From the NCBI RefSeq assembly GCF_000166355.1, contig NC_014652.1:1616928-1648927 (forward strand): a stretch of 32,000 nt of DNA, in the 5' to 3' direction. Each line of letters begins with the position of its first letter. Positions within the stretch are counted from its first letter, which is position 1. The translations under genes were made by a program, and so were the position numbers. This DNA comes from Caldicellulosiruptor hydrothermalis 108 (lineage in GTDB: Bacteria > Bacillota > Thermoanaerobacteria > Caldicellulosiruptorales > Caldicellulosiruptoraceae). Below the pieces are notes generated by a model. It was not told the origin of the DNA. It saw nothing but the letters and a program-made list of their open reading frames with translations, and searched no databases. Of the stretch, positions 1 to 7,538 are shown one piece after another.

Positions 1-1409
1 AGTTTTTTGGTCAAACTATCTCTTCTTTGTTTAAATTCTTTTCCTTGGGCCGCAATTTCATTTTTTATATGTTCTTTTTCTTCTTGACCATTAATCTGGC
101 GTAAGCATACTGGGCACCTTCCCTGATTTGCCTCTATAAGTCTGTAACTTGAAGCAAGCTCTTTTAATTTGTTTTCCACTACCTCTAACAATTTTTCATG
201 TTTTACAATTTCCTCTCTTTTCTTCTCTTGTTCCTGTTTATACTGCTTTACTTTTTCCAGCTCATTTTCGACCTTCGAAATTTCTACCTCCACTTTTTTC
301 ATCTCTTCCTCATACTTTGAAATCTCAGAAGTTTCTTTATTCAGTTGTAAATTACTCTCTTCAATACTCTTTTCAAATATCTTTTTCTGATCCAGTTTGT
401 TTTTTATATCCCTTTCATACAAAACCATCTTGTTTTTAAGCTCAATATACATTTCATAATCCTTTCTCTTAATCTCAACCTTTTCTTTTATCATCTCATA
501 CTCTTTAACCATTGCAGTTATCTTATCTTCTTCATTTAACTTTTCCTCAATTTTTAAAAGCTCTTTTCTGGCAGTTTCAATCTTATACCTTATCTCCTCA
601 GCTTTTCTCTGATGTTCTGTCATTTCATTCTTTTTCTGACTCAATAAATGAAGTTTTTGTTCTATTTCAGACCTCTGCGAAATAAGGGCATTTAGTCTAT
701 TTCTCAAACCGTTTAATTCAGCTTCTATTGCGGTTCTCTTCTTTTCCAAATCAGCCATCAAAGATTTTATTGACTCTTCTTCTGACAAAATCTTATTTTC
801 CTCCTCTATTTCTTTGTTCTTTATATCCAGCAAAACTTTTATCTCTTTTCGTTTTTCTTTTGCAAGTTCATTTATCCTGTCATATATACTCAGGTTCAGT
901 ATCTTTGCAAGAATTTCTCGCCTGTTTTCTGGCGAAGAAAGTAAAAAATCTTCTGTTCGTTTTTGAGAAAGATAGGCAGAATGCAAAAAGACATTAAAAT
1001 CTATCCCTAAAATATTCTGAAGCTTTATTTGGGTTTGGGTGTAAGTTGCTTCATTGATAGGTATGAGACTGTCTGCTTTTCTAACAAAAAGCGAAAGGTA
1101 CTTTTTCCCTCTTCTATCAAGTCTTCTCACAACTTTATATATGGTCTTATTCAATTCAAATTCAAATTCAACCTGCATATAATCCTTATGTGAGTTTATA
1201 TACTCTGTTTCTGCAACTTTTCCACGCTTGCCTGTTTGAAGTCTTTCAAACTCACCAAAAAGCGCCCAGGCAATTGCCTCAGCAATAGAAGATTTCCCAT
1301 TGCCATTTTTCCCTATGATACAGGCAACTTTTATATTACTAAAATCAATCTCGTTTTGAGTCTCTTGATATGATTTGAAATTTTCAATCCTCAAAAAAAG
1401 AGGTCTCAA
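1..1409 (-). CDS. sbcC: SbcC/Rad50-family SMC-like ATPase, N-terminal ~469 codons only (the 3' end lies beyond the left edge of the window)
   Basis: Absent from the supplied ORF track because it runs off the window. Hand translation of the minus strand from TTG at 1409 gives (M)RPLFLRIENFKSYQETQNEIDFSNIKVACIIGKNGNGKSSIAEAIAWALFG (Walker A). A long K/E-rich coiled coil follows, with a CPVC zinc hook encoded at 105..116. A GAGGTGGGG RBS lies 7 nt upstream, and the start is 17 nt after the sbcD stop. Confidence 0.9.
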   Translation of the reverse strand, partial: MRPLFLRIENFKSYQETQNEIDFSNIKVACIIGKNGNGKSSIAEAIAWALFGEFERLQTGKRGKVAETEYINSHKDYMQVEFEFELNKTIYKVVRRLDRRGKKYLSLFVRKADSLIPINEATYTQTQIKLQNILGIDFNVFLHSAYLSQKRTEDFLLSSPENRREILAKILNLSIYDRINELAKEKRKEIKVLLDIKNKEIEEENKILSEEESIKSLMADLEKKRTAIEAELNGLRNRLNALISQRSEIEQKLHLLSQKKNEMTEHQRKAEEIRYKIETARKELLKIEEKLNEEDKITAMVKEYEMIKEKVEIKRKDYEMYIELKNKMVLYERDIKNKLDQKKIFEKSIEESNLQLNKETSEISKYEEEMKKVEVEISKVENELEKVKQYKQEQEKKREEIVKHEKLLEVVENKLKELASSYRLIEANQGRCPVCLRQINGQEEKEHIKNEIAAQGKEFKQRRDSLTKK

Positions 1410-1426
1410 ATTTCATCCCCACCTCT

Positions 1427-2698
1427 TTATTCGCTTTCATTTTCCTGCACTTCATACAAAAGCTTTTTGAATTCTGATACAACTTTATCTTTATTCTCTA
1501 TACCCGTGTATTTTTTGCTTGCTGATAAAAATTTTTCAAAGGCATAAACAGGGTCTGACTTCTCGTCAACCTCAGTTATTCTAAAATCTTTCTTTGAATC
1601 AACTACTTCAATTTCAATAGGCGCTAAAACAAAACATCTGTCTCTCAAAAACTTTTCAATAAGCCCAACGTCAATCTTTTCTTTTATCAAACTTTGAGTT
1701 TTTATTATGAGCTTTACAACCGAAACCTGAATACTACTTGAAGTATTTTGCTCAAACATTTGTATTTTCTCTTCTATTTTGTCAAGAAGCTTTTTATTGA
1801 GATTTTCTACTTCGTCTTCAAACACATCAATTTCTAACTGGCAAAAAGGTCTTACCTTAACAGGTTGAAACTCAAACCTAAAGCTATCTTTGCCTATCTC
1901 AAACACAACAAACCCCTTGCTGTCGCTTGCTTCAGAAAAATCTATCCTGTCAGGTGATCCACAATACAACACAGTAGGGTTTGCTGCATGTAAAATCTGA
2001 GGTTTGTGGATGTGACCAAGGGCCACAAATTTCAACTTTGCATTTAAAAGGCATGAAAGAGGCACTTTTACATCTTTGCCAAGCATAATTGATCTTTCAC
2101 TGCCAATCTGCGCCTCTACCACAGTAAAATGCCCTGCAAGGATTGTTGGAATATTGTCTTCTAAAGAGTCTAAAATCTGGCCAAGCTTTCTCTCAAAAAA
2201 GTTAGCTGCTACCAGATCAAACTCTTCTGTATTTTGAGGAAATGTCTCATCCACAAACCTTTCAAGGTAAAGGTATGGCACAGCCACAATGCGAAGCTTT
2301 TCACTTCTTATTTCAAATTCTTTGACTTCAAACGGTTTGTCCATTACAACAATATTTGGCTGGTCGAATATCTCAAAGACCTTTATAGAATGGTCTTTTG
2401 TCTCAAATGGATGCATATCATGATTGCCTGGAATTATAATGACCAAAACACCTTCTTTCGAAATATCCACAATCCTCTTGTAAAACATATTCCTCAGCGT
2501 AGAGTTCGGTTCCCTGTCTTTAAAAATATCGCCTGTTATAAGCAAGAGGTCAATGCTGTTTTCTCTTATAAACTGCAATATTCTGTCAAATGTTTTGAAA
2601 AAGTCATGTACACGTGAGCCAAGTCCGTCTGGAGTCTCTTTGCTGTAAGTTGTCACACCAAAATGAAGATCTGCTGTATGAACACCTCTTATTGCCAT
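1427..2698 (-). CDS. sbcD: Mre11/SbcD-family nuclease (metallophosphoesterase)
   Basis: 423-aa ORF with the phosphoesterase motifs in canonical order: HTADLHFG, GDIFKD, GNHD, AGHF, GHIH. AGAGGGAGA RBS. Tightly linked to herA upstream and sbcC downstream. Confidence 0.92.
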   Translation of the reverse strand: MAIRGVHTADLHFGVTTYSKETPDGLGSRVHDFFKTFDRILQFIRENSIDLLLITGDIFKDREPNSTLRNMFYKRIVDISKEGVLVIIIPGNHDMHPFETKDHSIKVFEIFDQPNIVVMDKPFEVKEFEIRSEKLRIVAVPYLYLERFVDETFPQNTEEFDLVAANFFERKLGQILDSLEDNIPTILAGHFTVVEAQIGSERSIMLGKDVKVPLSCLLNAKLKFVALGHIHKPQILHAANPTVLYCGSPDRIDFSEASDSKGFVVFEIGKDSFRFEFQPVKVRPFCQLEIDVFEDEVENLNKKLLDKIEEKIQMFEQNTSSSIQVSVVKLIIKTQSLIKEKIDVGLIEKFLRDRCFVLAPIEIEVVDSKKDFRITEVDEKSDPVYAFEKFLSASKKYTGIENKDKVVSEFKKLLYEVQENESE

Positions 2699-2722
2699 TT
2701 TATTCTCCCTCTTGAAAAATTT

Positions 2723-4387
2723 TTAATAGTCCATCTCATCAAGCCACTTCTTAGATGCCTCTATCGTTTTTTCGTACTTTTCGTCCACCTCATGTTTTGG
2801 AGCATAAATTGAAACAAAATCATAAAAGCTGTTATCATACCCCCTTGTTTTGATTGCAATTGGCATTGGAACTGCATGACCTATCAGTAAAGCCTGCTGT
2901 TTTGAATCAAGTGACTCTATAATTGATCTTAGCTGTTTGCTATTTTTCATACCAGCAAGTGCACTTGTAATGTCAGCTTCATCAGAAAGTGCTAGAACCA
3001 CCCTTGTTCCAATTTGTGATGCAATCTCGCTGTCTATCTGAGAAGGTCTCTGGTCTATACACATAAGGCTTACCTTTGCTTTTCTCATCTCTCTTGCTAT
3101 TGTTCCAAATATTGTCTGCTTTGCAACATCGGGCGATAAAAATCTGTGTGCTTCTTCAATTGCAATCACAAGTGGCCTTGGAGGAGAATATTTTTGTCTG
3201 TTTGAGATATACCTTTCGTACATCTCCATATATCTTTGGTAAATACGTCTTGATAAGACGTTTGTAACAAAGAGGTAATTAAGTAATTTGTCACTCTTGC
3301 CAAATGTTATATCAACACTTATACCTTTTTGAAGATAGTTTAAAATAATATCAATTGAGTTTGTACCAGGTCGTCTATCATATCTAAGGTAGGGTAATTC
3401 TTTTAACACAGAAAGCTTTCTGATAAGTGCCAAAAGCGAACTTCTGTTGACTACTGCTTCGCTGTCTTTAAACCTCTCTGCTAAGTCCTCACCATTTGTA
3501 AGTATTTCTTCAAGCCAGTGTTTACCCTCTGTCTCCAACTTATTTTTCAGTGCAATCATAACCTGCTGTGCTGTCTCATTGAGGTTTAGTTCTTCTGCAA
3601 TTGATAAAATATCCTCGATCTCAACATCTCTAACATCAATCTCAATCGGCAAAACACCTGCCATTGACGATAAATTTTCAATTGTCATTATCTGGACTTT
3701 GCTTCCAAAAAGACTTTTAAGCCCTTTAACAGGCCGGTTTTCCTCATCAACGCTGTCAGGTCCATGGTCTGAGTGAGCATCAAAAATGAGAAGCGATGCC
3801 TTATCACAAAGGATAATCCCTGCCATCAATAATCTTGCAATAAATGATTTTCCTGTACCAGTCCTGCCGTAAATGCCACTGCTTCGTTCAATAAATCTTT
3901 CCATGTCTATGCATACTGTAGAGCTTTCGTCCATGTCAAGAACACTTCCAACTGGAAAATAACGTTTTGGATTTTTTTCAAAACTCCCAAACACATCTGA
4001 AATATCATCATAGGTAGCTCTTCTAACACTTGAAGCATGAACGGGTATGTTTCTTATAGGCTGATTTTTCTTTTCCTCAAGGTCGTAAGAAAGAACTGGC
4101 TGTGCCTTAAACACGGTGTAAATAGAAGTCCCCCTTGTAATCCTGTTCAAAAGCAGGCTTGAGTTTCCTCGCGGAAGTTCTGACAAAGCTTGCTTGTTCA
4201 TGCCCTCTATTACCATGTCGGTAAGCATACAGTAGTACTTTCTCTTTTCTGTTTGGCTAACAAGAATTGCTCCAATCCTTGTACTTTCCACCACAGAATC
4301 ATCCTCGACCTTTATTGCAAGACCTTCTGAATACGAACCACCTATGATTTTGCCAATTCTGTTCTCTTCATACATACTACTTGCCAT
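2723..4387 (-). CDS. herA: HerA-like (DUF87, FtsK/HerA superfamily) hexameric ATPase/helicase
   Basis: 554-aa ORF with an N-terminal barrel-like segment (IGKIIGGSYSEGLAIKVEDD...), Walker A GRTGTGKS, a Walker B-like VIAIEEAHRF, and an IDQRPSQIDSEIASQIGTRVVLALSD block typical of HerA proteins. Confidence 0.85.
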   Translation of the reverse strand: MASSMYEENRIGKIIGGSYSEGLAIKVEDDSVVESTRIGAILVSQTEKRKYYCMLTDMVIEGMNKQALSELPRGNSSLLLNRITRGTSIYTVFKAQPVLSYDLEEKKNQPIRNIPVHASSVRRATYDDISDVFGSFEKNPKRYFPVGSVLDMDESSTVCIDMERFIERSSGIYGRTGTGKSFIARLLMAGIILCDKASLLIFDAHSDHGPDSVDEENRPVKGLKSLFGSKVQIMTIENLSSMAGVLPIEIDVRDVEIEDILSIAEELNLNETAQQVMIALKNKLETEGKHWLEEILTNGEDLAERFKDSEAVVNRSSLLALIRKLSVLKELPYLRYDRRPGTNSIDIILNYLQKGISVDITFGKSDKLLNYLFVTNVLSRRIYQRYMEMYERYISNRQKYSPPRPLVIAIEEAHRFLSPDVAKQTIFGTIAREMRKAKVSLMCIDQRPSQIDSEIASQIGTRVVLALSDEADITSALAGMKNSKQLRSIIESLDSKQQALLIGHAVPMPIAIKTRGYDNSFYDFVSIYAPKHEVDEKYEKTIEASKKWLDEMDY

Positions 4388-4394
4388 ATCTCAA

Positions 4395-4991
4395 TCACCC
4401 TTCTTGTACAGTCATTATCAGATTCTCTAACCTTTCAATTATAGGCTCAAGAAGATTGAGGTCATATTTAAGATAAGCGTTCAAGCTTTTTCCCATCTGT
4501 TCTATATAGTAATAGTCTTTTCCTCTTGCAAGATATGCAAAAAAGAGCATCCATGGAACAACCTCGATTATATCAATATCTTTTGCCTTTAGTACAGAAT
4601 TTAGAAAAAGACCATTTTGAGTGGCAAGAAGAATTTCTTTTTGGTTTGCCAGTTCAACCAAACTGTGAAGTCTTATACTTTTGTCAGGAAGACATCCAAC
4701 AAACTTCTCATCTACTATGTAACCAAGAACAACGCATTTAAAATAACCTTTCAAAATCTGGCTAATTTGTGGATACTGCTTTTTAATCTCTTCTGGTGAT
4801 TTCCATAAAGCTCTCGGGTATCCTCCCTCAGATATGCTGCCGATATCATATCTTGTAACACACCCGACCACTGTGTAATCATCCAAATTAAATTTTATAA
4901 ACCTTCCAGGTGTAGGTATGTTGTTCAAATCCTTTGCCTCACAAGTAAGCTGTGTAAAAGAGATATCTATTATCTCACCCACTATCATCAC
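4395..4991 (-). CDS. Uncharacterised 198-aa protein: HerA-N-terminal (HAS-barrel)-like domain plus a short C-terminal helical region, with no NTPase motifs
   Basis: ORF sits 15 nt after the nurA stop and 7 nt before the herA start. By eye, residues ~3-50 and ~84-120 align with the herA product's ~11-60 and ~93-129 (VGEIIDISFTQL.. vs IGKIIGGSYSEGL..; FKCVVLGY..P..S..HSLVELANQKEI vs FKAQPVLSY..P..P.HASSVRRATYDDI). No Walker A or B motif. Confidence 0.6.
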   Translation of the reverse strand: MMIVGEIIDISFTQLTCEAKDLNNIPTPGRFIKFNLDDYTVVGCVTRYDIGSISEGGYPRALWKSPEEIKKQYPQISQILKGYFKCVVLGYIVDEKFVGCLPDKSIRLHSLVELANQKEILLATQNGLFLNSVLKAKDIDIIEVVPWMLFFAYLARGKDYYYIEQMGKSLNAYLKYDLNLLEPIIERLENLIMTVQEG

Positions 4992-5006
4992 TAAAACTAC
5001 TCCTTT

Positions 5007-6179
5007 TTATATTATTCTTTTTATCTTGTTGTTCTTTTTAGCAGAGTAGTGCACAAGATTATCTTCAAAACTTTGCAGCATGCTTTCTATCGAATCCTTG
5101 TCGTCTTTAGATATTACAGAAAATTCATGAGCATGTGTCAAAGATATGGGATAACCAAACCCCAGCTGACACTGATGGTAAATAGCACCAATAACATTTT
5201 CAAACCAAACCTTATCGTTCGCTATATAAAGCGGAAACTCTATTCGAGCTATTTCATAACCTGTATTCAAATAAACAAAGCCTATATCGGTCTTTTCAAA
5301 CTCATCAAAAGCTCTACCTAATGTGTAAAAGATGTTTGAATACTCTCCTTCCCTAAGGCCGGAAAATAAAACGACATCCTTTATTCTGCCTATCTTTTCA
5401 CACTCTCTTTTTTGCTCCTTTGGACACTCTCTACAGTTTATCCTTGGTTTTTCACACATATGTATTCTGTAAATATTAGAAATAATCGAATTTTTAGGGA
5501 CAGAAATAAAACCGCACACGGCTATTTTCTTTTGCTCTGCCAGGATGAATATCCTTTCAAGAATAGCATTTGCTTTTCTGCCAAAACGCATACCTTGCCT
5601 GTCTTGCGACCAGTCAACAAGATTGCCGTCGTAAAGCACTATTTTGAGCTTATCTGTTTGAGTACTCTTTTCTATATACTCTAAAATTGCCTCAAACTCT
5701 TTTTGTTGGCGCTCTTGTGATATCTCAGAAGAATTTTTAAAAGTAACATCGTCTTTGTCAGAATATAATTCCTGGTCGAGGTAAATGTAGGGAAAAGTTC
5801 TGTACCAAAATCTACTTTCTTTTTCTCCATAGGCAATAAAGACACACGCTATGTTCAGCACATAGTAAGGTGTTAGATTATGTCTATCTATTTCTGTATT
5901 ACTGCCATCTACTGCAAAGACCTCATACTCAAGATTCAAATGACATCTGTGAGATTTCAAAAATTCATCGTAATTGCTATAGTAGGGAAGGCAGAATAAA
6001 ATCTCATTTTTCTCGTCCTTGCTGGGAATTTTTGCAAGAACACTTTGAATTTTCTTCTCATCTGCCGATTTTAAAAATGCGAACACATTTTCCATATTTG
6101 ATTTTAGCTCTTTTTTGTGTTTTGCTAAAATCTCTTTCTTCTCATTTATCTGTTCAGATAAACTATAAAGGTCTAACAT
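5007..6179 (-). CDS. nurA: NurA-like 5'-3' nuclease
   Basis: 390-aa ORF with NurA-type motifs as I recall them: FAVDGS (Asp91), VLYDGNL, and C-terminal GYPISLTHAHEF. It is the first gene of the five-gene cluster. It also carries a Cx6Cx2Cx7C insert (residues 242-260). Confidence 0.75.
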   Translation of the reverse strand: MLDLYSLSEQINEKKEILAKHKKELKSNMENVFAFLKSADEKKIQSVLAKIPSKDEKNEILFCLPYYSNYDEFLKSHRCHLNLEYEVFAVDGSNTEIDRHNLTPYYVLNIACVFIAYGEKESRFWYRTFPYIYLDQELYSDKDDVTFKNSSEISQERQQKEFEAILEYIEKSTQTDKLKIVLYDGNLVDWSQDRQGMRFGRKANAILERIFILAEQKKIAVCGFISVPKNSIISNIYRIHMCEKPRINCRECPKEQKRECEKIGRIKDVVLFSGLREGEYSNIFYTLGRAFDEFEKTDIGFVYLNTGYEIARIEFPLYIANDKVWFENVIGAIYHQCQLGFGYPISLTHAHEFSVISKDDKDSIESMLQSFEDNLVHYSAKKNNKIKRII

Positions 6180-6236
6180 CTTATCACATCCAAAAAGTCA
6201 TTCTTTACTTTAATTAAATTATATCTCTTTCTTATC

Positions 6237-6245
6237 ATTATATCA
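6237..6245 (-). promoter_or_regulatory. Candidate extended -10 promoter (TGATATAAT) for the nurA operon
   Basis: The minus strand reads TTTGATATAATGATAAG immediately after the ispF stop and about 55 nt before the nurA ATG. No terminator is visible between ispF and nurA, so read-through from ispF is also possible. Confidence 0.35.
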
Positions 6246-6250
6246 AACAT

Positions 6251-6724
6251 TTATTCGTAAATCAAAACAACTGCATATGCTGAAATCCCTTCTTCTCTTC
6301 CTTCAAATCCCAATCCTTCAGTTGTTTTTCCTTTTATATTTACCTGCGTACTTTCAATCTTGAGACAATCTGCAATTTTATTTTTCATCTCATTAGTATA
6401 TGGAGAAATCTTGGGCCTTTGGCTAACCACCGTAGAATCTATATTCACTATTTTCAAGTTTTTCTCTTCTAAAAGCTTTGCAACTTCTTTTAAAAGAAGC
6501 AGGCTGGAAATGTCTTTATACTTTGGGTTGCTGTCAGGGAAAAGTTTCCCAATATCATTTTCACCCATAGCACCAAGAATAGCATCAATTATGGCGTGAA
6601 TTAAAACATCCGCATCTGAATGTCCCAGAAGTCCCTTTTCGAATGGTATTTCAACTCCGCCCAATACAAGTTTTCTTCCCTCGACAAATCTGTGAACATC
6701 ATACCCAATTCCCACTTTAAACAT
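6251..6724 (-). CDS. ispF: 2-C-methyl-D-erythritol 2,4-cyclodiphosphate synthase
   Basis: 157-aa ORF: GIGYDVHRF..., [29 protein letters not shown]. Classic IspF signature. AAAGGAGAG RBS. Confidence 0.95.
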   Translation of the reverse strand: MFKVGIGYDVHRFVEGRKLVLGGVEIPFEKGLLGHSDADVLIHAIIDAILGAMGENDIGKLFPDSNPKYKDISSLLLLKEVAKLLEEKNLKIVNIDSTVVSQRPKISPYTNEMKNKIADCLKIESTQVNIKGKTTEGLGFEGREEGISAYAVVLIYE

Positions 6725-6778
6725 TTGATTTAAACTCTCCTTTCAAATATTACATCTTCAATCCCAAATCTCATTTAA

Positions 6779-7170
6779 TCAGCCCTTCAACTTTTCCTCA
6801 AGCTCTATCAATAATGGCAAGTAATCACTTTTTATTCTATCAAATATTATTTTAGCAATACACTCATCATAGGTGCTGACCACCAAGCTCCTGTCTTCAA
6901 TCATCTTTAGCCATTTTTCTTGATTTTCAATCAAGCCCACTGAAAATGCTTCTTTGAAAACTGCTCTGGGTGAAGAAATACTTACTATGCCTTGATATTC
7001 CAAATACGCCTTCAATAATTTCCAGGCAAGCTCATAGGTAAATTCAAATCTTTGAATAGTACCATCATACAAAAGAGGATTATCGCTTCTTTCTTCTACT
7101 ACTTCTTTCAATCTTAAAAGTGCTTCTGAAAGTTAGCAAACCTTTCTTTAATTTTTTCCAAATTATTCAT
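6779..7170 (-). pseudogene. HEPN-domain protein of the HI0074 / nucleotidyltransferase substrate-binding family, disrupted by a frameshift, with no MNT partner gene
   Basis: The 110-aa ORF 6779..7111 (..IQRFEFTYELAWKLLKAYLEYQG..) lacks the family's N-terminal helix. That helix, MNNLEKIKERFANFQ.., is encoded at 7114..7170 in another frame. The main frame reads TAA-LSEALLRLKEVVEE, so a 1-nt indel lies near 7126..7135. Confidence 0.65.
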
Positions 7171-7255
7171 CCTCCATTTTCTTTTTGTCCTTTTAACATC
7201 TCGATATTTAAATTATATCACACATGAAAAAGAGCTCTTAGTCTTTCAAAAAAAT

Positions 7256-7285
7256 TTGACATACAAAGAATCTTAATGGTATTAT
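7256..7285 (+). promoter_or_regulatory. Sigma-A-type promoter for the lysine-riboswitch operon
   Basis: TTGACA (7256..7261), an 18-nt spacer, then TGgTATTAT (-10 at 7280..7285 with an extended TG). It lies about 30 nt upstream of the riboswitch P1. Confidence 0.55.
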
Positions 7286-7312
7286 TAAATAAACACCACA
7301 AGTGAATAGCTC

Positions 7313-7512
7313 ATAATATATTAATAGATAGAGGCGCGTCTTTTAAGAGTAGGCAGGTGGATGTGAAAGAAGACACAGATGAAACCTGCTGAAAGGAAAA
7401 GACGCCGAAGGGAGTTTCTTTCTTCTTGGAAACTACCCTGGGTGCATGGAGAATATCCATGCAACTGTCACCAATTGAAAAATTGGTGGAGCGCTATCTG
7501 TTAATATATTGT
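7313..7512 (+). promoter_or_regulatory. Lysine riboswitch (L-box) aptamer
   Basis: Conserved L-box blocks appear in order: AGAGGCGC, AGAGTAG, CTGAAAGG, GACGCCGAAG, CCTGGG, ACTGTCA, GGTGGAGCGCTATC. The P1 5' strand 7313..7331 can pair with 7494..7512. It sits upstream of the lysine/DAP pathway genes. Confidence 0.88.
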
Positions 7513-7538
7513 ATGGCTAATGTACAATATATTAACAG
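7498..7538 (+). promoter_or_regulatory. Perfect 16-bp palindromic hairpin, a candidate antiterminator of the L-box expression platform
   Basis: CTGTTAATATATTGTA (7498..7513) and TACAATATATTAACAG (7523..7538) are exact reverse complements. The left arm is also the 3' strand of the extended P1, so the two pairings are mutually exclusive. Confidence 0.5.

Noticed and set aside
149-997. Plus-strand ORFs 149..439, 169..390 and 728..997
   Set aside because: They are the antisense frames of the K/E-rich coiled coil of sbcC. Their translations are low-complexity F/L/S-rich strings without RBSs, while the opposite strand has a continuous motif-bearing reading frame.
1413-1415. An ATG just upstream of the sbcC TTG, followed by a T7 run, which suggests a frameshift or sequencing error at the sbcC start
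   Set aside because: The ATG frame stops after 10 codons. The in-frame TTG at 1409 gives the canonical (M)RPLxLxIxNFxSY N-terminus at proper RBS spacing, so no frameshift needs to be invoked.
2234-6217. Plus-strand ORFs inside the nurA-herA-sbcD cluster (2234..2617, 3076..3267, 3447..3776, 4526..4799, 5049..5321, 5412..5684, 5870..6217)
   Set aside because: All are fully embedded antisense to longer motif-bearing genes. They have no RBS and their composition is typical of AT-rich antisense frames.
6779-7170. Reading the HEPN remnant plus the HerA cluster as a defence island
   Set aside because: The flanks visible here are housekeeping genes (ispF, asd/dap). There are no other defence genes or mobility genes, and the HEPN gene is degraded. 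A defence role for the HerA cluster remains an open alternative, but an island context is not supported by this window.
7498-7538. The perfect 16-bp palindrome as a protein operator or mobile-element terminal repeat
   Set aside because: It lies inside the riboswitch leader. Its left arm doubles as the P1 3' strand and its right arm abuts the terminator, so an RNA antiterminator explains it. No transposase gene or second repeat copy flanks a cargo.
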